Shown piece by piece: positions 34,857 through 43,983 of a stretch of DNA of 43,983 nt. Positions within the stretch are counted from its first letter, which is position 1. Each line of letters opens with the position of its first letter. The translations under genes and the position numbers were made by a program. The notes below the pieces were generated by a model. That model was given only the letters and a program-made list of their open reading frames with translations, was not told where the DNA came from and ran no database searches. Origin of the DNA: Candidatus Moranbacteria bacterium GW2011_GWE1_49_15 (GTDB lineage: Bacteria; Patescibacteriota; Minisyncoccia; Moranbacterales; GWC2-37-73); contig LCPX01000011.1 of the NCBI GenBank assembly GCA_001003855.1, positions 3,681 through 47,663 on the forward strand, written 5' to 3'.

Positions 34857-37629
34857 ATGCTACTCGACATATTCGACCAAATACGTGAATACGCTTTCCT
34901 CTATGCCCCTCTGGGAATCATAGGCGTTTGGCGTTGGAGCGTCTGGCTCATTCACTTCCGACGAAGGAAGCGCTTACACGTATTCCGTGATAACCCCGGT
35001 GTATAATGAAAACCCGGAAGTGTTCAGGGTGGCCCTGGATTCCTGGAAAAGCAATGGGCCTGACGAAATTATCGCCGTGATGGACGCGAGCGACAAGGCA
35101 TGTATAGAAGTTTTCCAGGAATTCTCGAGAGGTTTTTCCGGAGCGCGTCTCATAGTTACGGACATACCCGGCAAAAGACCCGCGCTCGTCCAAGGCATAA
35201 TGGAGGCTACCAGCGATGTGGTGGCGCTGGTCGACAGCGATACCGTTTGGGACAAAGATGTTTCCAAAAACGCGCTCGCTCCTTTCGCTAACGGAAGGAT
35301 AGGCGGAGTAGGAACCAGGCAGGCCGTCCTTGAACCCAAAACGTTGGCCGAACGCCTTTTCGCTATCAGGCTGAATCTGCGTTATCTGCATGAATTCCCC
35401 TTTCTGATGACGACCGGAAACGTCACCACTTGCCTTTCCGGAAGGACCGCGTTTTACAGAAGAAGGGCTGTCCTTCCCCTGCTTGAAGACCTGCTCACCG
35501 AGAAATTCTGGGGCAAGCCCTGCATCAGCGGAGACGACAAGCGCCTCACTTCCCTACTCCAGGCGGCCGGCTGGCATACGCAGTTCCAACAAAGCGCCGT
35601 CGTCTGGACTCCGGGAATGCCCAAGCTTGGAAAATTCTTCCTACAGAACCTGCGTTGGGCCAGGAACAGTTGGCGGACTGACCTGCGGGTAATTTTCAGT
35701 TTTTGGCCATGGAGAAGGGAGCCCGTTTTCGCCTATCATCTTATTGACCGGACAGTGCAACCTTTCACCTTGCTGCTCGGTCCTATCTTCTTGGTGATCT
35801 CGCTCACTCTCGGCCATTGGGGAGTCGCGGCGGTCATCTTCGCCTGGTGGATGATAAGCAGAACCATCAAACTGTACCCGCACCTCAAATCCAATCCTCG
35901 TGATCTCACGATAGTGCCTTTTTTCACCTTCGCGCAATACTACCTGGCCATTTTGAAAATATACGCGCTTTTCACGATGAATTTCCAAGGCTGGATAACC
36001 CGCTGGGATTCGGACCGCCTCAAAAAATGGACCTACTTGCAGCTTCTGCCTTCGCGCCTGGCGACCTTTTCGCTCATAGGGTTCATGGCCTTCACCGTGG
36101 CCCAGCGCCAATATACCGTCGCCGACGAGCAGGCCATCCGGATCGAGGCGAACACCCCGGCCTATACGGAAGATTTTTCCGATTTCAATTTGGCCGAGCA
36201 AAGCGATGATTTTTGGGTAAAAAGGGAGGCGGCCACGACAGCCGCCTACATAACAAGAACTACCGACACGCCGTTTCTGGTCCAAAAGAGATTCAACCTC
36301 TCGACCCAGGCTGCCGCCCGGTCAATTCCGCAATATCCGTCCAACCTGCTCCTGGGAGCCGGAAGGAAGATATCCATTCCGGTGGAAGAATTGAAAAACG
36401 CCCTTTCCGTCGCACCGGTCCAACTGGTCGGTAAGCCCTTCGTCTCATATAATTCCGCCACCAATACGATCACGCTCAAAGGAAGGGGCTCCGTCATGAC
36501 GATCCCATTCATCCATAGGATCCTCAGCGGGGCCGGCTTCACCAATCCCCTGCAAGAAACTTCCCCAGGAGAATGGATGCTGCGCAGCAACCTCTACGCG
36601 GGCGACGGCGTCACTCTCATCATCGACGGACAAGAAGTCCGCTCCCTCAGGATGAAAAGCGACGAAGACGGCTTCGTTTTCCTGCAGACCTACAATGCCA
36701 GTCTGCTGATCAAAAACACCAAGATAACCTCCTGGAACGAGAAGCTCGGCGCTCCTGACCTGGATTATAAAGACGGGCGGGCATATGTGTTGGCGAAAAG
36801 GAGCGGACGCATGGACGTCCTAAACTCTGACATAGGATATCTGGGCTACGCGCGCTTCACCAAGATCAACGAACGCGTCGTCAACGGCGGAGGAATATAC
36901 GGCCTTTCCTGGAAGATAAACAACAACACTTTCGAAAGCGACCTACTCACCGGCTCGGCCATCGGCAACAAAATCCATGACAACTATTTCGGAATGTATA
37001 CCTACGGCGCCACGGGCATGGAAATCCGCAACAACGAGGTCTTCGACAACGTCCAGTACGGCATCGACCCGCACGACGATTCTAACAACCTGCTCATCGA
37101 GAACAATTTCGTGCATGACAACGGCAACCACGGTATCATCGTTTCCAAAAGGGTCGTCTACAGCACAATCCGCAACAACGTCTCCACCAACAACGCCCTG
37201 CACGGCCTGATGCTCGACCGCCAATCCAACTACAACCTCGTCGAAAACAACGTGGTCTCAGGCAACAACAACGGCATTGCCATTTATGATTCTCACTCCA
37301 ACCTCATCAGGGGTAACGATTTCATCCAGAACCGCTTCGGCATAAGGGCCAACATGAATTCCTCCAAAAACATGTTGCAGAACAATTCCATCCGCAACAA
37401 TGAGAGGGGCGTCTTCATCTATGGAGGAGCCGAGGGTAATATCCTGGCCAGCAACGTCATAAAGGAAAACAGCCAGGGCATATATTTCAAGCAGGCTGCC
37501 GGAAACGTGGTCCTGGACACCTTGAGCTGGAGGGATAACGGAAAAAATATCGATTTCGACGACTCTTCCACCAAGGCCAACTTCGTTAGACAACCGGAAA
37601 ACCCTTGGTGGGTCATCGAACGGAAATAA
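34857..37629 (+). CDS. GT2 polysaccharide synthase-LysM-like-AlgG-type mannuronan C5-epimerase fusion; N-terminal part frameshifted near 34950
   Basis: PVYNE, GKR.AL, VDSDT, CLSGRTAFYR, SGDDKRLT, QNLRW plus TMs; LysM-like segment at 36244-36381; YGIDPHDDS, HGIIVSK, LMLDRQS beta-helix; ATG 34857 encodes the first TM in another frame, while the main ORF is 34987-37629. Confidence 0.85.
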
Positions 37630-37712
37630 AAACGAATCTCATCTCTCCCTTTTCGCTTACGATATTCCCGCCGTTCGCGACTAAGACAAGTTGATCCGCG
37701 AAAACAAACAAA

Positions 37713-38873
37713 ATGAAAAACAAGACCATGATCATCGTTTCAGCGTTGTTCCTTTCCCTGTCCGGGCTTCTTTTGTATGGCTATCTTTCGGACGGAGCGC
37801 CCTTCCCCATCACGGACGACCGGCAAAGCACGTATGAGGGATCTCCGGAAAAAGAAGACGTCGGACCGGGAATAAGGGACGAGTTTTACATAAGTCCCTT
37901 GGGAAGCGATGAAAACGACGGGTTATCCTGGAAAAGTCCCTTTCTGAGTATCCAGAAGGCCATCTATCTGGCCGGCCCGGGCAGCGCGATCCATCTTGCG
38001 GACGGAACCTACATGCAAAATATCGTTTCCAAAAGGGATGGCACGGCGAAAAATCCCATACGGATCACCGGCTCCCCCTCCTCGATTGTGCAAGGCGGGA
38101 AAATTTCCCGCGTCATCGAAATAAACCACAGTTTCATCACATTGGAAAATTTCACCGTGGACGGTCTCGTTGGGAGCCCTGATGAAAAATCCGGTTTCCG
38201 CGACAAATTGATTTACGTCCAAGGAAAAGGAGATGGGAAAGGGGTGACCGGGCTGAAGGTTTTGAAAATGAGCCTCAAAAACGCCGGGGGTGAATGCGTG
38301 CGTCTGAGGTATTTCGCCCAAAAAAACGAAATAGCGGACAACACCATAACAGGCTGCGGAGCCTATGACTTTCTTCTCGACGGTAAAGGCAAAAACGGCG
38401 AGGGCATATATATCGGAACCGCTCCGGAGCAGACCGACGACGGCAAGAATCCAACCGACGAACGCGACCACTCGAACGGCAATTGGGTGCATGGCAACAC
38501 CATCGACACGCAAGGAAACGAATGCGTGGACGTCAAAGAAGGTTCTTCGGGAAACCTGGTTGAAAATAACGTTTGCACCGGGCAAAAAGACAGCGAATCC
38601 GGAGGATTGGATTCGAGGGGTAACGGGAATATTTTCCGCAATAACCTAGTATATGGCAACGCCGGGGCCGGCATCAGGCTCGGCGGAGACGAAGATGACG
38701 ACGGGAAGAACAACGACGTCTATCTCAACACGATCCGCGATAACGAGGGGGTCGGCATAAAAGTCCAACGCTATCCCCAAGGAAAAATTTGCGGAAACGT
38801 TTTGAGCGGAAACGACGGAGGCGAAATCACCGAGGAATACGCGGAAGACATAGCCAATGAGGCATGTGATTGA
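37713..38873 (+). CDS. Exported right-handed beta-helix protein (DUF1565-like N-terminus), probable polysaccharide/alginate lyase
   Basis: N-terminal TM; YISPLGSDENDG...PF.SIQKA...GPG..IHLADGTY; GEGIYIG and ECVDVKEG motifs. Confidence 0.8.
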   Translation: MKNKTMIIVSALFLSLSGLLLYGYLSDGAPFPITDDRQSTYEGSPEKEDVGPGIRDEFYISPLGSDENDGLSWKSPFLSIQKAIYLAGPGSAIHLADGTYMQNIVSKRDGTAKNPIRITGSPSSIVQGGKISRVIEINHSFITLENFTVDGLVGSPDEKSGFRDKLIYVQGKGDGKGVTGLKVLKMSLKNAGGECVRLRYFAQKNEIADNTITGCGAYDFLLDGKGKNGEGIYIGTAPEQTDDGKNPTDERDHSNGNWVHGNTIDTQGNECVDVKEGSSGNLVENNVCTGQKDSESGGLDSRGNGNIFRNNLVYGNAGAGIRLGGDEDDDGKNNDVYLNTIRDNEGVGIKVQRYPQGKICGNVLSGNDGGEITEEYAEDIANEACD

Positions 38874-38887
38874 TTTTCGAATAAAAA

Positions 38888-38915
38888 ACAAACCCCGTCC
38901 TTTCGGGGTTTTTTT
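38888..38915. terminator. Intrinsic terminator ending the polysaccharide operon
   Basis: AAACCCCG...CGGGGTTT followed by a T-run. Confidence 0.7.
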
Positions 38916-38937
38916 GGTTTTTAGAATTTATCGAACC

Positions 38938-39381
38938 TTATACTATTTTTTCTTCTATTCCAGAAAGTTTCTCTATGACCGTTTTCATTTCCTTTTCCAC
39001 GCTTTTTATCTTCTCGAGTTCCGTCTCGACTTCCTCTTCCGTCTTTTCCGCTATCTTCTTTTCCTTGCGGATGCCGGAAATGATGACTTCGTTCCCGATG
39101 AAACTGGGAACCAATATTCCCGTGATGAGGAGCATCGCTCCCCCGGCGATGACGGAAGAAGCCCCGTCCCACCAAGGAAGACTGTCGACGCCGATCGCGG
39201 AAACATTAGAAGATTTTTTCAATATTTCCGCCACGACGAAATCGTTGAGATGCCAAACCCCCCTCCAAAAAATTATCACCCCGGTCCCGCCGATGAAAGC
39301 GTAGAGGATCGGCTGTCGGCTGAGACGGTGCCTCACTTTATCCTCAAGTTTATCGAAATAATTCACTATCCTTTTAAGCAT
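38938..39381 (-). CDS. Hypothetical membrane protein
   Basis: FDKLEDKVR..LSR.PILYAFIGGTGVIIFWRGVWH, two TMs, coiled-coil tail; start set at MLKRIV. Confidence 0.8.
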   Translation of the reverse strand: MLKRIVNYFDKLEDKVRHRLSRQPILYAFIGGTGVIIFWRGVWHLNDFVVAEILKKSSNVSAIGVDSLPWWDGASSVIAGGAMLLITGILVPSFIGNEVIISGIRKEKKIAEKTEEEVETELEKIKSVEKEMKTVIEKLSGIEEKIV

Positions 39382-39448
39382 GTTTTTTGTACTTATTTTT
39401 AAAGCCTCTGAAAACGAAAAAACGGGTATCACCCGTCTTTTTGCGGCT

Positions 39449-39464
39449 TCCGCCAGCTGGCGGA
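39449..39464. repeat. 16-bp perfect palindrome
   Basis: TCCGCCAGCTGGCGGA in an intergenic hairpin. Confidence 0.75.
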
Positions 39465-39531
39465 TCAAGCCCCATATATTCCATTATAGCATATTTTTAA
39501 TCTTTTGTCCACAAATCCCTCCTCTCGTCGG

Positions 39532-39837
39532 TTATTTTTTCAGCATCACCAAAAGCATCTTGAATCTGTTTTGTGCCATGAGCGAATGCGGCTCGTTGGC
39601 CGGCATGATTATCATCTCCCCCGCCTCCAAAACGTGCGTCTTTCCGGAGATGGTTATTTCGCCCTCCCCGTCCAAAACATTGACTAAGACGTCGAACGGA
39701 GCGGTGTGTTCGCTGAGCCCTTGCCCCTTATCGAAAGCGAACAGCGTGACGGAGCCAGCTTCGGTTTTCAAAACCTCTTTACTCACCACCGATCCGTCTT
39801 GGTATGAAATATCGTCCCTCAACATCGCTTTGTCCAT
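39532..39837 (-). CDS. Cupin domain protein
   Basis: VTLFAFDKGQGLSEHTAPFD, GEGEITI, MPANEPHSL. Confidence 0.92.
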   Translation of the reverse strand: MDKAMLRDDISYQDGSVVSKEVLKTEAGSVTLFAFDKGQGLSEHTAPFDVLVNVLDGEGEITISGKTHVLEAGEMIIMPANEPHSLMAQNRFKMLLVMLKK

Positions 39838-39906
39838 AAAATTTTCCTATTTAAAAAATTAATCATGACCCATATCATTGTACTACAATCCTCCGTCGCT
39901 TTTAAA

Positions 39907-40671
39907 TTACCCTCTTGGACCGGTGATTATCTTCTTCCACGGTCCGTCCGGCACGTCTTTTTCTTCCACGAACTGCCAATCGACGATATCGACCCCTTCC
40001 AAGCCCAGATAATCCCTGACCGCCGGGGAAACATCCAGCCCGGCTTTTTTACCTTCGGTGTTTCTAGGGGATGCCGACCCGAAAACATACCCGGCATCGT
40101 CCTCCTCGAACGGACCGACGTCTTCCCATTGCGCGAAAGCGGTTTTTTCGTTTTTGACTATGCGTATCCAACGATTCTTAAGCACCGATTCGTTTTCCGG
40201 GACCCTCGCTCCCTCGGCCCATTCGGCGAGCTCAAATACTTCCACCTTCCGCCTCCCTTCGTCGTCAAAATCGTTATACGGCAGGGCGAAATAAAAAGAA
40301 TTCTCATCCGGAGTGAAAGCGTCCGGCAAAAGCCCCTCCCTATCCTCGGGATCGTCCGTTCCCCCGAAACTGCCGACCCAATCGCTATCCCAGGCACTGG
40401 CCGAATTATGTATGAAACCGTTATTCTCGTCAGCCTCTTCCCCGACCCAGAATACGGTGGCGGTTATTTTCGCATGTATGGGATATGCGTAGCTTTCCCA
40501 AAACCCGGACCCGGGAACCCTGACCGGGTTTTTTTCGGCATCATAAAAAAAGCCGTTGATCTCTTCCCTGAGAGCCAGGTCTGCCGCGTCCTCCTTCTTG
40601 CTTCGAAACGATAAGAAAGCGATCGCGGCGGCGGCCACAATAACGATGATGATTATCGTTGCTTTTTTCAT
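39907..40671 (-). CDS. Exported protein with an RlpA/DPBB-like motif; paralog of 28293-29156
   Basis: Shares ITATVFW.GE, SAWD, FYFALPYNDFD, VLKN.W, AQWEDVGPF, GLDVSPAV.DYLGL, DGPWKKI. Confidence 0.8.
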   Translation of the reverse strand: MKKATIIIIVIVAAAAIAFLSFRSKKEDAADLALREEINGFFYDAEKNPVRVPGSGFWESYAYPIHAKITATVFWVGEEADENNGFIHNSASAWDSDWVGSFGGTDDPEDREGLLPDAFTPDENSFYFALPYNDFDDEGRRKVEVFELAEWAEGARVPENESVLKNRWIRIVKNEKTAFAQWEDVGPFEEDDAGYVFGSASPRNTEGKKAGLDVSPAVRDYLGLEGVDIVDWQFVEEKDVPDGPWKKIITGPRG

Positions 40672-40736
40672 ACCGTATTTCCTTAATTCATAATCCGCCC
40701 TGTTAATACCTGTCAGAACAAGGATTTATCGCAAAC

Positions 40737-40763
40737 AAAAAAACCCTCCGAAGAGGGTCTTTT
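40737..40763 (-). terminator. Terminator of the cold-shock gene
   Basis: A-run-ACCCTC-CGAA-GAGGGT. Confidence 0.7.
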
Positions 40764-40777
40764 GTAACTCCCAAAAA

Positions 40778-40981
40778 TTAAGAAATTTTTGAAACGTTGA
40801 TTGCGTTAGGTCCTTTTGGGCTTTCGCTTACTTCGAACTCAACTTTGTCTCCTTCGCGAAGGTCGTTGTATTCAGTTCCCTGAAGTTCCTTTGCGTGGAA
40901 GAAAAGGTCTTTGTCAGATCCTTCCTGGGCGATGAAGCCGAATCCGCGATCTGTAAGCCTTTTGATTGTTCCTGTAGCCAT
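40778..40981 (-). CDS. cspA: Cold-shock protein
   Basis: GTIK...RGFGFI, DLFFH, L.EGDKVEFEV...PKGP.A.NV. Confidence 0.95.
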   Translation of the reverse strand: MATGTIKRLTDRGFGFIAQEGSDKDLFFHAKELQGTEYNDLREGDKVEFEVSESPKGPNAINVSKIS

Positions 40982-41081
40982 TTCGTTTGAATTGCTATTG
41001 TCTGATTAAGTGCATGTGTGGGTTTGTGCAAAGAGTTTTAGTTCGACTAGGCTGCTTTTGCGTGCCGACTGATGCACATCT

Positions 41082-41110
41082 ATATTAGCATTTATCGGGT
41101 TTTTTGTCAA
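41082..41110 (-). promoter_or_regulatory. Sigma70 promoter of the csp gene
   Basis: TTGACA-17 bp-TAATAT with an extended TG; implies a long 5' UTR. Confidence 0.6.
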
Positions 41111-41117
41111 TAGCGTC

Positions 41118-42569
41118 CTATCTTTCCAAATCCAGCACCTCATCTATGCGGACTTGGGAGACGAATTCGGCGACGTGGCTGACCAGCACCATCGCACCCT
41201 TATATTCGCTCAGCGCCTCGGCGATTATCGGAAGATGGCGGAAGTTGATGTGGTTAGTCGGCTCGTCCAGAATCAAAAGTCCCGGTTCCTGCAGCACTAA
41301 GCGCGCGAATGCGACCAATCCCTTCTGTCCTTCGGAAAGCGTTCCGATTTTCGCATAAACGGTTTCCTTGGTGAGCAAAAACCCCGCGGCGACCGCGCGG
41401 AGCCTTTCTTCATCTTTTTCCCGCATCACCTGAGAAAGGGATTCGAATACCGTGTCCTCGAAATTCAAAGTGGAAAAATCCTGGCGGTAATATCCGACTC
41501 GCACACCTTCCGCGATCTTCGCCCCTTCTGCACTTCCCGAAGCCAATGATTCCAAAAGGGTGCTTTTTCCGATGCCGTTCGGACCGGAAAGCAACAGGTG
41601 TTGATTTTTTCGCAGAGATACGTTCGCTTTCTTTTCCATCGGATAATGGTTTTGCATCACACACACCGAAGTTATTCCCAGAATTTCTCCGGAAAGCTCC
41701 TCCTGATGCGGGATAGTGAAGTTCCTGATCGCCTTGTCTTCTTTGCGCACGTCAACTTTCGCTTCCTCCATCGCCTGCGCCTTCTCGCGCATTTTTTTGG
41801 CTACCAATCTCATCCCTCCTCCTTTGTTGGCAAAAAAGTTCGCCTTTTCCTTGTTGGCACGGATCTCTTTTTCATATTGCGCGTTCTTCATTTCCTCCTT
41901 TTCTATCTGCGCCGCGATTTCCGCCACCACCACGTAATAATCCCCGATATACTGCTCTGTTTTCTTTGTAAAGACGTCCAGATACAAAACTCCGTCCGTG
42001 AAAGCGTTGAGGAAATCCGCGTCATGGGAAATCACGATGCAAGTTTTGTCATAGCCCATCAGAAACGCAGTCAGATGTTCGATGCCAGCCTTGTCCAGAT
42101 TGTTCGTCGGCTCGTCCAAAATCAGAAGGTCTGGATCCTGGATCAGCGCCGAAGCCAAAAGGAGCCTTGCCTGTTGTCCGCCGGAGAAAGATTTCATTTT
42201 TCTTTCAGGCGTCGCGATCAGATTCACCACTTCCAAAACGTTCTTGATGCGCTTGTCGATGTCATATATCTTTTCGGAAAAACATTTCTGAAAAAATTCG
42301 CGCACCGTAAGCTCCATGTCCTCGCGCGGGATCACCTGCTTGGCGTAGGCCACGGAAAGTTTCGGATCCACGTATATGGAGCCTTCCTCTGGCTTGAGCT
42401 CCCCGGTAATGAGCTTGAAAATCGTGCTTTTGCCCGCCCCGTTCTGCCCCATCAAAGTGATCTTGGTCCCTTGGCGCAGAGAAAAAGAAGCCTCGTCCAA
42501 AATGGGCTTTTCCCTGCCATATTCGAAGGTTACTTCGCTGAATCTTACCGCTACGTCGTTTTTTGCCAT
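41118..42569 (-). CDS. ABC-F family ATP-binding protein
   Basis: Two NBDs (GQNGAGKST/FSGGQ/LDEPTNNLD and GPNGIGKST/LSEGQ/LDEPTNH) and no TM domain. Confidence 0.93.
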   Translation of the reverse strand: MAKNDVAVRFSEVTFEYGREKPILDEASFSLRQGTKITLMGQNGAGKSTIFKLITGELKPEEGSIYVDPKLSVAYAKQVIPREDMELTVREFFQKCFSEKIYDIDKRIKNVLEVVNLIATPERKMKSFSGGQQARLLLASALIQDPDLLILDEPTNNLDKAGIEHLTAFLMGYDKTCIVISHDADFLNAFTDGVLYLDVFTKKTEQYIGDYYVVVAEIAAQIEKEEMKNAQYEKEIRANKEKANFFANKGGGMRLVAKKMREKAQAMEEAKVDVRKEDKAIRNFTIPHQEELSGEILGITSVCVMQNHYPMEKKANVSLRKNQHLLLSGPNGIGKSTLLESLASGSAEGAKIAEGVRVGYYRQDFSTLNFEDTVFESLSQVMREKDEERLRAVAAGFLLTKETVYAKIGTLSEGQKGLVAFARLVLQEPGLLILDEPTNHINFRHLPIIAEALSEYKGAMVLVSHVAEFVSQVRIDEVLDLER

Positions 42570-42588
42570 ATTTTAGAACTTTATTCCC

Positions 42589-42705
42589 TAGGACTTACGC
42601 GTTTGATCGCGGCAAGAATGAGTGTTTGCGCTTCCGGCTCCACCAGTTGGCGGACGGCGGAGCGCATAGAGGCTCGTTTGAGCAAGAGCGAACGTGTAAG
42701 TCCTA
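42589..42705. mobile_element. MITE-like element, copy 2 (117 bp), carrying a 16-bp palindrome in its central loop
   Basis: Termini TAGGACTTACGCGTTTG...CGAACGTGTAAGTCCTA; its reverse complement aligns with 3123-3213 apart from 26 extra bp. Confidence 0.65.
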
Positions 42706-42848
42706 TTTTTATATTTTTTCACACTGAGCTCCCATCATAACCCATATCGGAGGATTTGAAAAGACCCGGACGCTCCCGACAAAAAATCGCCCGGGGGCGA
42801 TGAATTGCTTGAATTTTATTCAGCACCGGACCGTTCCTACGCTCTCTC

Positions 42849-43325
42849 TCAGAAGACCGACCTGGAAGCCATGAAACCCAAGGACACCAAGGTGGTGACA
42901 AGGCCGCCCGCGGCCAGTATTCCCAAGAAAATGACCCCGATCGCCCTCCAAAAAGGTACTCCCAGTATGTAAGCCGCCACGGCTCCGCTCCAGGCTCCGG
43001 TCATTGGCAACGGCACGGCTACGAAAACGAACAAGGCCACCTCCATCCATTTCTTCTCATGGAAATGATCCATATGCTTCCTTTGTGAACGCTCCAGAAC
43101 CCAAACCATGAAACGGTTGAAGTGGTATGATTTGTGCATCAGATATTCGGAAAATCTCTGCAAGAAAAAAAGGAAAGGTACGATCAAAAAGATGTTGCCC
43201 AAAACCGCGATAAAATAGGCCTTGAGCGGGGAAAAATGGAAAACTCCCATCGCCAAAGGTATCGCCCCCCTAAGCTCCAATATGGGCGCCGCCGCCGTTA
43301 AAAAAGTTATTATTTCCTGGTTCAT
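42849..43325 (-). CDS. Small multi-drug export-like membrane protein (COG2426-type)
   Basis: PILELRGAIP, LGN, FVAVPLPMTGAWSG. Confidence 0.9.
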   Translation of the reverse strand: MNQEIITFLTAAAPILELRGAIPLAMGVFHFSPLKAYFIAVLGNIFLIVPFLFFLQRFSEYLMHKSYHFNRFMVWVLERSQRKHMDHFHEKKWMEVALFVFVAVPLPMTGAWSGAVAAYILGVPFWRAIGVIFLGILAAGGLVTTLVSLGFMASRSVF

Positions 43326-43404
43326 TTGTTGTCTTGTTTTATGTTTTTATTTCAATGACTTCGATAAGTCTACGCTAAAAACGATTTTTTATCAACCCCT
43401 GGCG

Positions 43405-43983
43405 CTACTCCAAAAGCTTGGAATATTTATTTTTAGCTTCATTGAAAGAGGACATTTTGCTTTCATCCAGGGGCGCCCCCTTCGGAAGATCCAGCTTCAG
43501 CGGATTGATCGGGGCTCCGTCCAATTTCATACCGAAATCGAGATGCGGTCCGGTCGACCACCCCGTCGATCCGACATAACCGACGACCTCGCCCTGCGAA
43601 ACCCTCTTGCCAGCCACCATCCCCTTGGCGAAAGCGCTGAGGTGCCCGTAGTGCGTCGTGTAACCGTTGTCATGGCTGATGCGCACTATGTTCCCCCAAC
43701 CCGTCTCAAATCTCGCGCTCGTCACCGTTCCGCGAGCTGTCGAGACGACCGGGGTTCCCGTCGGGGCGGCGTAATCGATCTGGTAATGGGCGGTTACGGT
43801 TTTCGTGATCGGATGCATGCGGGCTCCGGTGTATCCCGAAGTGATCCTGCTGAAACTCAAGGGGGCCTTCAAAAACTGCCTTTCCAAAACGCGACCCTCC
43901 TCGTCATAATATCCGCCGCTTCCATCGTTATCGAAATAATAGGCGTAATGCGATTTTCCGTCGTTTATGAATCTGGCCGCCAA
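43405..43983 (-). CDS. M23 family peptidase (MepM-like), 5'-truncated at the window edge
   Basis: FLKAPL..SRITS, RMHPI, HYQIDYAAP.GTPV, YGHLS, GSTGWSTGPHLDF. Confidence 0.9.
   Translation of the reverse strand: MAARFINDGKSHYAYYFDNDGSGGYYDEEGRVLERQFLKAPLSFSRITSGYTGARMHPITKTVTAHYQIDYAAPTGTPVVSTARGTVTSARFETGWGNIVRISHDNGYTTHYGHLSAFAKGMVAGKRVSQGEVVGYVGSTGWSTGPHLDFGMKLDGAPINPLKLDLPKGAPLDESKMSSFNEAKNKYSKLLE

Noticed and set aside
1..43983. tRNA or rRNA genes
   Set aside because: No cloverleaf or rRNA-like sequence recognised; the GTTCGA at about 17475-17526 belongs to REP palindromes

Overview
Bacterial chromosomal window read in the standard code (TGA is a stop). The many orphans, short Obg, A-rich starts without Shine-Dalgarno sites and giant FN3 surface protein suggest Patescibacteria/CPR (inference only). 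Housekeeping and stress genes include engB, obgE, a D-2-hydroxyacid dehydrogenase, an RRM protein, an HI0933 flavoprotein, a frameshifted dus, pgeF, msrAB, csp and an ABC-F protein. There is also a 3012-aa modular surface protein, a RAYT-type Y1 transposase with an internal TAG and its own REP hairpins, and two polysaccharide loci. The best candidate for an undescribed system is a three-gene alginate-like operon (33806-38873): a short AlgD-like nucleotide-sugar dehydrogenase, a GT2 synthase-LysM-AlgG-like C5-epimerase fusion (YGIDPHD motif), and a secreted beta-helix lyase resembling PL31. Several families of tiny repeats also occur: a 16-bp TCCGCC-N4-GGCGGA palindrome (one copy in-frame in msrA), a two-copy MITE-like element, and heptamer-periodic AT-rich inverted repeats, one pair enclosing a four-helix-bundle gene. 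All calls come from reading motifs by eye; no database searches were run.
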